From: Azolla caroliniana
Lineage: Eukaryota; Plantae; Polypodiophyta
DNA: 40,297 nucleotides
Reading direction: 5' to 3'
NCBI GenBank assembly: GCA_043228905.1
Contig: JBHGNT010000278.1
Coordinates: forward strand, 1-40,297
Shown here: piece by piece, positions 1 through 11,200 of the stretch
How positions within the stretch are numbered: the stretch's first letter is position 1
How the letters are laid out: each line of letters opens with the position of its first letter
The notes under the pieces: model-generated
What the model saw: the letters and a program-made list of their open reading frames with translations, nothing else
The model's database searches: none
Told to the model about the DNA's origin: nothing
Translations under genes and position numbers: made by a program

Positions 1-831
1 AATCGGCGCGTTTTCTCCAGCACTCACTTTCTCTGTGGCCGTTTTTGCCATAGTACCAACATTCCGTTGCAGTCTTCTCTTACCGTCTTCCGGTGCCGCC
101 ATGACTCCCCCTGCTCCCGAAGGGTCCGGAAGTGTTGACGGCACGTTCTTTGTGCCTTTGTTCCTGGTCTTGCCGACTGCCTCCATTGCGTGCCGATCCG
201 CTTCCGTGTACAGCATCCGGCTGTCAATGGGTGCGCCAGTTGACGCACCGGCGTGGTTCTCCTCTACAAGGAGCATCGACTGTAAGTCGAAAAATGACGG
301 CGTATTCTCCCTTGTACAAACCGCTATTCGGAATGCTCTGAAGTTAGACGCCAGGCCCCCAAGACAGACCTATACCATCTCGTCTTCCTCTACGGTAACG
401 TTGGTAGAGGCAAGCGAGTCACAGATCTCTTTGATCCGGGCTGTGTAATCCGCCACCCACATGTCCTTCTGTCAGACATTGCTCAACTCCTATCGGAGTT
501 GCAGCTTCCGGGTTGTAGTGCTCGCGGCGAAAACCTTCTTCAGGGGGAGAAGGTTTCCCCAAGCCTCCTTCGGCATCTTGGCGTTTCGGATGTGGCTCAA
601 CAACTGGTCTCCGACACTGGATGCGAAGCAGTACATCACTCTACTTGCCCATTGTTCCCACATTGGGAAATCCTTATGTGTCGCATCAGGTGTTGTTTCG
701 TTCGCTCCTTCGACGAAACTCCAGTAGCCATGCCCAAGCAGGTACTGGTGCATCTTGTACGACCAAGATACGTAGTTGGATCTGTCGAGTTTCTCCACAG
801 GGAGTGAGCTAGCCATTCCTCTATCCATCAC
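1..831 (-). pseudogene. Copia gag pseudogene with premature stops
   Basis: ORF 490-831 is Copia gag (UBN2-like). The frame continues past in-frame stops (RKLQLR*ELSNV*QKDM...EMV*VCLGGL...FFDLQSMLLVEE) and is homologous to the gag at 31857-32516. Confidence 0.88.
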
Positions 832-921
832 TTCTCTGTCAGCTATTCTTACGACCTGTTAGGGTTTGCTTTCAAGCGTTTGTCGGTTGCAGAGGTTCTC
901 AACCCTCGCGCTCTGATACCA

Positions 922-1298
922 TGAAAACGATTACTTGGGGAAGCGTTAGAAAACAGAGAGAGCGGAACGTAAAAGCTATATTCAAAAACGATAAAAACAC
1001 TTTGTTTATACAACTGTGCTCAGTAGCATTATTTATACAAGTCCTCGTGGGACTGACAGAAGTACTGCGTACTTCAATGCTCACACGAGTATTTGACACT
1101 TACTACGAGACTATAACTGCCTAGTAGTCTAAACTAATACTAGGCTTCTGGTTACCGATTGGATCCGACTAACCGGCTCCCTAGCTCACCGGCTCTGTTG
1201 CTTGCCAGCTCGGTTGCTCGTTGGCTTACCGATCCGTCTCGCTCACCGGCTTAGGCTTATCCAGCCTATCCAGCTCCAGTTGAGCTTGCCGCTCAACA
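922..1298 (-). repeat. 5' LTR of Copia element 1 (about 377 bp)
   Basis: TG...CA termini, directly adjacent to the PBS; LINE homology resumes at 1299. Confidence 0.85.
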
Positions 1299-2240
1299 AT
1301 GGGCAAGTTTAGTGCCACTTGAAAATGGATATTGGTTTCTTGAAATAATTGTTTAGCAACATGGGGGTCAAGCACTTAGGGTGTCCTCTAACTCCCACAC
1401 TCTTTGGTCTATGCATTGATAAACTTGAAGAAATAGTAAAAAATGCTACAAAAGAAGAATAATTAGATGATCCAAAACTCATGCACGAACTATACTCCCA
1501 TATGTTGATGTTGTTTAAGTCTCATATACTTTGGATAATATGCAGCTCTTACTTGATGTATTGGACACACTGATGAAATAGAGAAAATCCAACATTTGTT
1601 TCTATGTAGACAATTGGGGGTAAAATTATCGACATCCTATCATGTCATGCTATTAGATCAAGTGCTCCGCCTCATAGATGTACAAGCCATGCACAGAGTA
1701 AATACAAAACACGAACAAGAGCAAAATTGTTTGATTTGGTTAGGTGCTCGATATTATGAAATGGTTTAAGAGATGACGAGTAAAAGATTGATTAGAGCTT
1801 TTAGGTGATGCAATGAACTATGTGATAATTGAGGATAGATTACTAGAGGCACTAATGAGGAAGTGTCAAAATTGGAAAACTACATTGCATATATTAACCC
1901 CCCAAAGTTGGCTTCGATACAAGGTAAAAATTCTAGAACGTACCAATCACATCTCACAACCCCAATTAGCCTTGGCTCTTGGAGAGCTTAAAGACTTCTT
2001 CGAACTCACTCACACAAACTAGGTGTTGAGGTGGCATCATGGCATCATCGCCCAAACATGAAGATATGTGAGGTATGTAATGAAAACCTCGCGGAGGATG
2101 AATAACACCTACTCATCACATGATCAACGTATAAGGTAATTCATGAGGAATGCAATGACTTGTTTAGGTGGTCATTATAATGGGTGTGTCATACTCAAAT
2201 GTGCACCAAGAAGGGTGTGCATCATTTTCACATAGATAAA
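1299..2240 (+). mobile_element. Old degraded LINE ORF2 fragment (RT to C-terminal Cys/His motif), same family as the LINE at 2491-6822
   Basis: Nucleotide similarity to the reverse complement of about 2600-4020 (e.g. agcaacatgggggtcaagca, ctctttggtctatgcattgataaacttgaagaa). Remnant ICEVCNENLAEDE*HLLIT; many stops and deletions. Confidence 0.85.
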
Positions 2241-2282
2241 TAGATAGAGAGAGAGAGAGAGCTATCTGGAGAGAGAGTCCAG

Positions 2283-2353
2283 ATGGATGTAGCTCAGTTG
2301 GTAAGGTTGCCCAATGGAGACCAGGTGGTCATGGGTTCAACCCCTACATTCCA
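2283..2353 (+). other. tRNA-derived (tRNA-Ala-like) Pol III head; SINE or tRNA pseudogene
   Basis: A box TAGCTCAGTTGG 2290-2301 and B box GGTTCAACCCC 2334-2344 at tRNA spacing. 5' GGATGTAGCTCAG.TGGTA matches plant tRNA-Ala; the anticodon arm does not fold. Confidence 0.6.
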
Positions 2354-2407
2354 CAGTGGCATCTAGTGAAATAGAGATATATATGAAGTATATAATAGAG
2401 AGGTGAG

Positions 2408-2475
2408 AAAATTGGGTTTCGATCCCAAGACATAGTGCTTGTAGTGTTATCGACTTACCACTAGGGTAAGCTAAT
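2408..2475 (-). other. Second tRNA-derived SINE-like head
   Basis: Minus strand reads TACCCTAGTGGTAAG (A-box-like) ... TTGGGATCGAAACCCAA (B box inside a T-arm hairpin); degenerate cloverleaf. Confidence 0.5.
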
Positions 2476-2580
2476 TACGATAAAGAGAGAGAATTAGAAT
2501 TAGAATTTTTATCGTCCATAAAGAGGCCAATTTTGACCTATGGGACTAGAGTACATGTGTTCTTGATATATGTCTCCTTC

Positions 2581-5500
2581 CTAAGAAGGGGTATTCATAC
2601 GTTGAAGCACAAAGCCTCTATGTGTTAGTAAAGCATACACATATGAGCTCAACCTTCTAGGTGGTGTCTTAAGTATGGCACTTAAGTTATCACTCCCTCT
2701 TAGTATGTCAACATATCTTGAATGAATTGCACTATATGTCGAGCATGGGAAGAGCAAGTGACATTCATCCTCTACCATGCCTTCATTGCATACTTTACAT
2801 GTCTTCAAATTCGTTACATTTTGATACCATGATGCAACTTCAATACCTAACTTGTGAGATCGAGTGCGAAGTAGTGTAAGGGCTCTACGAGCATTACTAC
2901 TCATATTGGTAATGAGATAAGGTTGGATATGATCAATAGACATTCTTGCTTTATATTGAGACCAACATTCAGGGTTGATATTTGCAATGTAGTATTCTAG
3001 GTTTGTCCTCTTAGCATCCTCCCACTTCATCCTTAATGATTCCACCAACCTTTCCTCAATCATTACATACTCCATAGCATTGCTCGAAAGCTCTAAAAGA
3101 TCATCCACACCCCATCTTCTAAACCATTTCCTTATGTCAACAACCCAACCGGATGAGAGAATCTTACTTTTATGATTCTTTTGTAGCTTACCTCCAACAT
3201 TCCAAGCAAGATGTGGTAATAGATGATTCGGCATATTCTTTACTTTTGTAATGTATTTATATACTCTTTGGAGTACCAATAGTTCTATGGGTCGAACACC
3301 CGTTTCCAAGAGCATAACTTGGTAAGAGGTAGTGCATTTAACTCCTAATTGCCTCCTTAAAAACATCTTTTGAATTTTCTCAATCTCGTTCCATGCATTA
3401 AGAGAGATGGTGCCACCCCATACTTCTACTCCATAAAGCAATACTTGAGTTACCATGGCATTGAACAACATTAGTTTTACTTCCCATCCACAAGTATCAC
3501 TTTGGTTGCATTGGTTCTCCAAAAGGTAATACGATTTCCAACCGGCTTGGAGTCTAGAATCAAAGCATGTACTCCATTTATTTGTGGGGGGTACATCAAT
3601 ACCAAGATATTTAAAGCTTTGAACAAATTGTATATGTTCACCTTTATATGTGAGCATAGGGTAATGATGAGGTTGGATGGTTTGCACTACCATCATTTTT
3701 GTTTTCTCCACATTCACTGCTAGTCATTATGGCAAAATTCTTCTAATACCCCAACTTAGTAAATGTTGCATACTATCAACATCATATGAGAAGAGTACCA
3801 CATCATCTGCATATAGAAGCAATAAGATAACATGTTGCATCAAATTGGGTCCATTCAATCCTTCTTCTCTTGCAACCTTATTCACCACTTCTTCTAATTT
3901 ATCAATACATAAGCCAAAGAGTGTGGGTGATAGTGGACATCCTTGCTTGACCCCCATGTTACTTAAGAAGTGCTTTAAGAATTCACTATCCATTTTTGGT
4001 TGGCATTTAACTTGTTCATATAGGCGTGCAACCGCAACTCGGTATGCTAATGGCATGTCAATGTATACCATTCTATTCCAAAGCTCACTTCGTGGTACGG
4101 TATCAAAAGCTTTCTTGAAATCAACAAAACAACAATAAAGTGTTTTTCCTTGTAGTCAACTCTCTTTCATGATTACTCTTAATGTGACCAAATGATCCAC
4201 GGTGGACTGTTTTGGTCTAAATCTGGCTTGCCCAAGTGCTCTTTTGCTTGTACTCTCATCCCATGTGCTTATCTTTTGCTCCATAATAGTGCTATATAAT
4301 TTAGCAATAGTTGAGCTCACCATGATTGTACGATAATTTGATACTTGATTCCTATCTCTGGCTTTAAATATTGGTTTAATCCAATTCATAAGCCAATCAT
4401 TTGGAAATCCTTGTTTTATAGTTTGCTCTAAATTTGTCATTATCCAATGACGAGTGTGTGCCATTGTCCATTTTAAAAGCTCACTTGAGACGTAGGTTGA
4501 ATCTACTACTTTCCCACTTGCCATCTTCTTTATTCCCTTATTGACATCATCAATATCGATACATGTAGTGCATGGAGTTTCAATTTTCTCAACCATAGGA
4601 GCCACACCTTCATGCATATATAACCTTTATACATAGTCTAGCATATCTTCATTTGTAAAGTGACCTTTCACATCTTCTTTCTTACCCTTGAGTTGTCCCC
4701 ATGCTAATTTTGGTTTGAGGTTAAACAAGTTTTTCTTTTTCATCTCTTGCATTTGGAAATATCTTCTTTTCTTTCTCCTCAGTACTTTCTTTTATATGTG
4801 CCATGCAACAATCTTTTCATTCCCCCCTTCTATGAACTTAAACCATTTGAGATACATCTTACATTCATCGTCGAACCAAGAATTACATGGAAAACTACAC
4901 GCCTTATGCCCACCCACATGTCTCTTAAAGCATTGATATCCAACCTTAAGGATTATATCCTTCAAATGTTGCCAATTTTCTTTAACAGCGTTGCTTAGAG
5001 AAAATTTTAACAAATGGTTCTCCACTTCCTTTGCATACATCTTAGCTTTTTCGTAGCAAGGTCGGATGATACATCTCTTTTCGTCTTTCACTCCATGACA
5101 TCTAGTGGAATGTAGAATTGCAAGCTCTAAGTACAATGGCTTGTGGTCTGAGCCCGGAGATAGAGAACCAACTTTAAACACACTCACCAATGATAGATCA
5201 CATGCCAACATTAATGCATAATCAACCACACTTCCTCCACCCGAGGATGGTAAACATGTGAGCACATTTGTCAATGGGAATGCCTTTATACCATTTAGGA
5301 TAATCAAGTTTGTGCAATTTCGCATATGTATCAAAAGTTTTCCATAATCAGACATGACACAATCCTCTGAGTCACGCACTAGACAATGTTCTACTACATT
5401 TTTGTCAAATGTCTCCACATTTTGGAAATTTCCAACTCTTGCATTGAAGTCTCCCATAATTAAAACTTTACCAAGCATCTCAAATGAAAGTATATCATGG

Positions 5501-5883
5501 CATAATTCTGTAAAAGGATCATCACAATCTAACCCAAACCTACTATAGTAGTTTGAGTCTTTGTGAGGAATGTAACATGCAAATATATACAACTTCTCTT
5601 TCCCCAAAGTCACCTCTATCCATATGTATCTCTTATAGTCATCATATTTGCATACTTTGATAGAATTATCTAAACTCTCATGGTAGATACATGATATCCC
5701 GGCACACCCAATATTCCCTTTGGAGTGAGGCCATATCGATTTTATGAGGTAACCGTCTATTTTAGGTATACGTTTTGCCTCATGCTCCCATGCTTAAGCC
5801 AAAAATATAATATCCATACCTTGAGCTACATCATTGAGTCCTAAACCCTTATTCCATGGATATCCTCTACAATTCCAAAACAT
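2581..5883 (-). pseudogene. LINE ORF2 (AP endonuclease + reverse transcriptase), broken by stops and frameshifts
   Basis: ORF-track pieces 4792-5613 (APE), 4156-4617 and 3727-4071 (RT), 2581-3717 (RT C-term, thumb, Cys/His). ATG of MFWNCRG at 5883. Confidence 0.9.
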
Positions 5884-5899
5884 TACTTTCAATCGTGAA

Positions 5900-6743
5900 G
5901 CACTTATGGTCCCATAGGCCATTGCTTGCTATGCATTTTGATTTGCTTTCTGAGATGCATATGCTTGCCTTCTACATTCATGCTCTTGTGGAGTTCTATC
6001 CTCCGTTACAAAAAAACTTGTCCCTTTTAAGTACACCTTACTACTATCTAGAATCATTGCCCTTCTACGTTCATCGAGGATTGTACAAACAATAGCTCAT
6101 GATGTCTTTCCCTCTAGTTGCTTTTTGCCAACCCTATGTGCGGCATATACAATACATCTCGCATAGCAAAGTGATCTTCAAAGAATTTTGTAATATTTTG
6201 TCCAAGAGATAATGCATTCTCTATTTCATTCTCTTGCATACCTCTAATGACAATATTATGCTTTCTTCTTTCGATTTCATATTGCTCCTTTGCATCTAAC
6301 ACATCCATGGTATTAGAATGTCTTTGCGTGATTTTTGGTGTTTCTTTCGAGAGAACATCTTTCCACCTTGGCATGATCACATCTTCCTTCCCTTCAATTG
6401 TAGATTTTATTTCGGCATTTGCCTTCACTAAAATCTCTTTTTCTGCTTCAAGACTCAATATTTTTCTTTCTATTTCAAGCATCCTATTATCTTGCATTTG
6501 AATAGTCGTGTTCTTCATTGCATGTAGTTCTTCACGCAAAGCTTTAATCTCTAACTTTTGCATTTCTAGTGTACGTTGAAGAGTTCATTCCCTCTCCTTG
6601 CAAACATAAATTTCGCTTTGCATATGCATCACTATCTCTTGCAATGAGATATACATAGTTGCGATCTTTTCCATTGACAAAGAATGCATTTGATTGTTTG
6701 GGCTTTCAATCACATGATCATTGGCTTTTATTCCTCTTGGCAT
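5900..6743 (-). pseudogene. LINE ORF1 (coiled coil + RNA-binding-like), disrupted
   Basis: ATG at 6743 (MPRGIKA...). Piece 6114-6563 is heptad-rich with RRKHNIVIRG, typical of CR1/L2-group ORF1. The 3' end is approximate. Confidence 0.75.
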
Positions 6744-6825
6744 ATTTACTATTAATAAAATGATAGAAGAAGTAGAATGTACCTTTCAATCGATTTAGGG
6801 TTTCAAAATCTATCTTGAGTTTGAG

Positions 6826-6976
6826 AGAGAGAGTTTTTTACCACATAATAGCAACGAACCTTCTGTGGAAGGAGTCTGAGACAATATAACTTCTATTGAT
6901 TTAGTTCCATATGTCGAAATTGGCCTCCTTGTGAATGATATAAATAGATCTATTCTATTCTATTTTATTCTATTCA
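6826..6976 (+). mobile_element. 3' end and (ATTCT)n tail of the old + strand LINE, displaced by the nested insertion
   Basis: tagttccatatgtcgaaattggcctccttgtgaatgata resembles the young LINE 3'UTR tagtcccataggtcaaaattggcctctttatggacgata; tail tattctattctattttattctattc. Confidence 0.8.
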
Positions 6977-7049
6977 ATAGCCTCTCTTTTTCTTTGGTAA
7001 AAGCACACAATTATATTAATTGTATATAAAATCCACTTAGTTACAACAC

Positions 7050-7555
7050 TTCTTAGTCTCCTCTACCTATCATATGCCTATGTAGGGAGAGGGACGTTTT
7101 GTAATGCTATTAAAAAACCGGAATATGAATTTGAGGAAATGATCCCGACATGTTCTAACATCCAAAATTTCCACATGAGAATACCTTTAAGCTTCTTTAT
7201 ATAGGCTTTCACCCCATGTCTATTATCAAACATAAAAGCATTACCATATTCCAATTGTGTTGTAGACCCCAATAATGAAAAAATTGGAACAATATCTCCA
7301 TCTCATCATTTGAACCATTTTGAACATATTGAGAAAAAACCCATTGTTGAGTTCTACACGCTATAGGACATTTAATGAACCTATGTGTACTATCCTCCAA
7401 TGGAACGGTGCAAAGGACCCTAGTCCTCGTCTCTTTAAGGCAAAACCTAATGGGAGCCCACCAATCATGACTCTCCATATGAAATGGTAGATGGGAATGC
7501 CAACTACCTTGTAATAGTTTCCACCACCTTGCATTTGACTTACATACATTCAATA
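7050..7555 (-). mobile_element. Degraded L1-type LINE 3' fragment (zf-RVT region)
   Basis: Frameshifted pieces WKLL..., FIWRVMIGGLPLGFALKRRGLG and EDSTHRFIKCPIA match the plant L1 zf-RVT pattern. Confidence 0.72.
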
Positions 7556-7557
<2 letters not shown>

Positions 7558-7609
<52 letters not shown>

Positions 7610-7610
7610 A
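7558..7610. repeat. (CT)n(CA)n compound microsatellite
   Basis: Direct reading. Confidence 0.95.
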
Positions 7611-7869
7611 ACACAAAGTCACATCTCCATCGGAACATTCATTGGTAAAGTTCTTGAAGATCGAGAGCCACTACTTATTTTCAAATGTACTACTTCTTCT
7701 ACTACTACTACTACTACTACTTGAGGAAATTGAGGAAATGTAGCATTTATGAATCCTTGGTAACTAATGGGAAAGTAGCTTCATTTTGGAGCAAAAAGAA
7801 ATGTTAACATTTATGAAAATTGTGGGTCTCATTGGTCATAATTTTAACCTCTAAAGACAAATAAAATCT

Positions 7870-7883
7870 ATCTCTCTTCTCTG

Positions 7884-7918
<35 letters not shown>

Positions 7919-7941
7919 TTTACGTGCTGGTAACTCGGTGG

Positions 7942-7978
<37 letters not shown>

Positions 7979-8062
7979 GAGTATGTATATTATGGCCATT
8001 ATCCACATTGAAGGAGCAGAAACGGGCCACGTTTGTATTTGCTCAGGAGCCTATTGTAATTA
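7870..8062 (+). promoter_or_regulatory. Probable ALDH proximal promoter/5'UTR
   Basis: CT-rich tracts 7870-7975, ACGT-core motifs (TACGTGC 7921, CCACGTT 8027) and TATA-like GTATATT near 7985, just upstream of the ATG. Confidence 0.45.
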
Positions 8063-8201
8063 ATGGCTGCCCCTTCTGCAGAGAGCAATCCCTCCTCTGA
8101 TGTTTCTCCTCCTCCTCCTCCTCCTCCTCCACAAAACCCTACCTTCCCTATACAGTATACTCAACTTTTTATCAATGGTCAGTTTGTGGATTCAGTTTCA
8201 G
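8063..8201 (+). CDS. ALDH2: ALDH2 exon 1
   Basis: MAAP...[15 protein letters not shown]; donor CAG|GTAAC. Confidence 0.9.
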
Positions 8202-11200
8202 GTAACAAATTTATGCCACCATCCCCTCCCATCTCTCTCTCTGTATGTTTGTGTGTAACATATGAATGTGTATGCATTTACTAAAAAGTATGAATTTACG
8301 TATTTTTTGTGTATGTATGTGTAGAAGTATGTTAGCATTAGAAAAGTATGCATTCATGTTCGTGTTCTCTGTCTGTGTATGCTTATGTATGTGTGTGTGA
8401 AAGAGAGAGTAGTTTGCTCAATCTCCTTGGCCTAAACATAATTTGGATTCATTACTTCCTTTTCCCCTTGTTTTTATGACTAAGATGATTTACCTCTTAA
8501 CACTAAACATCCTGTGGATTGAGTTCACCTTGTTTTCCCTTGGTTTCCTTTCACATTCTTTGCTTGTAGTAGCTTATTTTTGTGTACTTTATCATTGATG
8601 ACTAAAGTGAATTTTTTCCCTCTTTCCGGTAGTTCCTCATTTGTTCTTAGTTACTTTGTCAAGATGGGTTGTATGATTGTTAAAAATTATGGATGATGAT
8701 AAAAAGCAGAATTTTGATGAGAAGTTAGTAATCAATATGCTAATCAATCAGCATTAAAACACATAATCCATAATCTAAATTTTGTTCTTTCAAATTTCAA
8801 CACCATAGTCTTAATCTAGATTATATGAAACTCCAATATATTTGAATTTACTATTATGGAAATCCCTAGCTGTAAGAGTTTCTATGATTGGGAATGACTC
8901 ACCGAAAGGAAACAGTCATATAGTGTGAAAAGTTGTCCATAGAAACTTTAGGTTCTTTAAATAGTAATAAATAAAGTAATAAATAAACATATATATACAT
9001 ACATATATAGGTTCTTTTTATATAGCTTGAGACCTTGTCTATCTATATTAAGGGATTTGATCCCTTTAATCTAGGGCAACATTCGTTGAATTATGGCACA
9101 TCTAATTCTTGCTGCCATTTGAGGATTTTATGTATATTAACCTACATGATGTCATCCTTTGATTTCCTGCATCAAGATGGGCACTAATTGTATGATTGTG
9201 ATGGATCATCTTGCGCCGTTTCTTCAAATTGCTCATTAAGATGAGTGTCGCAGTTGAATAATATTGAGATAACTGATCGCAAGATCCTCATTTTTTTCCA
9301 TCAATCTCTCTTGCACAGGAAAGACATTTGAGACACGTGATCCGCGTTCTGGTGATGTGATTGCAAACATTGCCGAAGCTGACAAAGAGGATGTCGATAT
9401 TGCTGTGAAAGCCGCCAGAAAGGCTTTTGATGAAGGGCCATGGCCTCGCATGTCTGGATACGTATGAGTACTACTATTAAATTGTACTCATACCTTGCTA
9501 AGCATCTTATATAGTTGAGGTTCTTTCTAAGTTTTGATCTCTAGCTGTTTATTATACATGCTTTCATCATGGAGTGTTTGCATTTCGTTTTAAAATGGAT
9601 CAGGCCAGAGGAAAGATTCTTCAAAAGTTTGCCGACCTTATGGAACAAAATGAGGACGAGTTGGCCTATCTAGAAACAATAGACAATGGGAAACCCCTGT
9701 TTATGTCCAAGTATGTGGATGTTCAGTTCTCTGTCCAGCACCTTCGGATCACAGCAGGTATGAATGGTAGAAGACATTTTAAGAGGGAATTGTCATAATG
9801 GTTATTTATGCATGAATGGGATATGTTGGTGATTGTAAGCTGATTTTTGAGTCGCTTCATATTTTTGATAATTATTGAAAGCTATTATTATGGAACATAT
9901 GGAAATGTTGTTGATATGCATGTTTTTGCAGAACACATGGGGGTTTTGTTGATGTTTATGCTGATTCTGAGTTTTTTAAGATATTGATAACTATATAAAG
10001 AGAATCTTTTCTATATGTATGCTGATTTTGAATGGCAGTAACATATTGGTAACGGTTTGGAAAAGCTTTGTTTGCTGAACATATGGGAGTATCATGGATA
10101 TGTGTATGCTGAACATATGGGAGTATCTTATTTTTTGCAACTATATTTCAGGCTGGGCAGATAAGATCAGTGGGAGCACATTCAAGCTTAATGGGCCTTT
10201 CCATGGTATCTCTCTCTATGAGCCAATTGGTGTAACTGGGGCCATCATTCCATGGAACTTTCCAATGATTATGTTTATGGTTAAGGCTGCTCCTGCTCTT
10301 GCTGCTGGTAACACACTCATCATCAAACCAGCTGAGCAGACACCCTTTACAGCCCTCTACTTGGCAGCTCTTGCCAAGAAGGTTTGTGTCTGTTTCACAC
10401 TACATTTTCCAGTTTTTAAATGGTGTTGGGTACAAAAAAAGGTGTCCTCATTCACAGAAGGCGGTGCTCACTAATATATTTACATTAAGGAAAGAATATC
10501 TGATAAGGCATGTATACCTTCAATTCTACACTCCAATGATTTTTATGTATTTCTCATCATCTCCTCTTATTTCATCATGCTTGGAAACTTGACTGACTGG
10601 TAACAATCGGCAACAGTTCAGTTTGGTTCGAACCACGAAAGCATAGCTTAACAGTAAAAACGGTTTGGTTTGTTAGGTTTAGGTTCAAGTTTTTTTTTAA
10701 TGGTTTCGGTTTGGGGATTGAACGGTTCGGTTTGGTTTTAACAGTTTGAAACTGCGGTTTAACGTTTTGATGGTTTTTTTTTTTAAATTAATTAATTAAT
10801 TAATTTTTTAAACAAACTTTTCATTTTTAAGCCTAGTTCTCACATTTTAGGAAAAATCTTTAAAATTTTTGAAAATTAAAAATTTGAAATAATTAACAAT
10901 TTTAAAAATTAAAAATTTAAAGTTTGACCTAAGTTGAAAACCGAAACCGAACCATGAAACCACAGTTTAATGGTTTGGATTTTTACCTAACGGTTTTGGT
11001 TTAACAGTTTCGTGGTTCGGTTCAGTTCACGTTTCAAAAATTTTAAACAGTTCAGTTTGGACATTCTTGAACCAAACCATTGCCGATTGTTACTGACTGG
11101 TGAAAAAGTTTCTCACCTAATCACTGCATTTTAATGTAGATAATAAGTTAATAATCTCGAATATACTGTTTGCACAGAATCATTCTACAGTTTGTATCTA

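Larger units (their letters stand above)
1..1298 (-). mobile_element. Ty1/Copia LTR retrotransposon, 5' part (5' LTR, PBS, decayed gag); runs off the left edge
   Basis: LTR 922-1298 reads TGTTGAG...TTTCA on the minus strand. Met-tRNA PBS TGGTATCAGAG at 911-921. Gag-like translation SSLPVEKLDRSNYVSWSYKMHQYL; zinc-knuckle remnant CWYYGKNGHRESEC near 1-63. Confidence 0.93.
2491..6822 (-). mobile_element. Near full-length decayed non-LTR retrotransposon (ORF1 + APE-RT-Cys/His ORF2), RTEX/CR1-group-like
   Basis: ORF1 coiled coil with RRKHNIVIRGMQE. APE motifs MFWNCRG, GDFNARVG, VVDYAL, SDHKPL. RT motifs NYRTI, GVKQGCPLSPTLF, LLYADD, FKYLG. C-terminal CKVC...EDECHLLFPC. (ATTCTA)n tail at 2491-2506; GA repeats on both flanks. 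Confidence 0.93.

Noticed and set aside
35-807. Several + strand ORFs (35-448, 461-727, 499-807)
   Set aside because: Antisense shadows of the Copia gag.
2283-2353. Functional tRNA gene
   Set aside because: Anticodon arm and acceptor stem do not pair properly; kept only as tRNA-derived.
6749-6782. GT...AG intron in the LINE 5'UTR (minus strand)
   Set aside because: Only 34 nt, too short for a typical plant intron.
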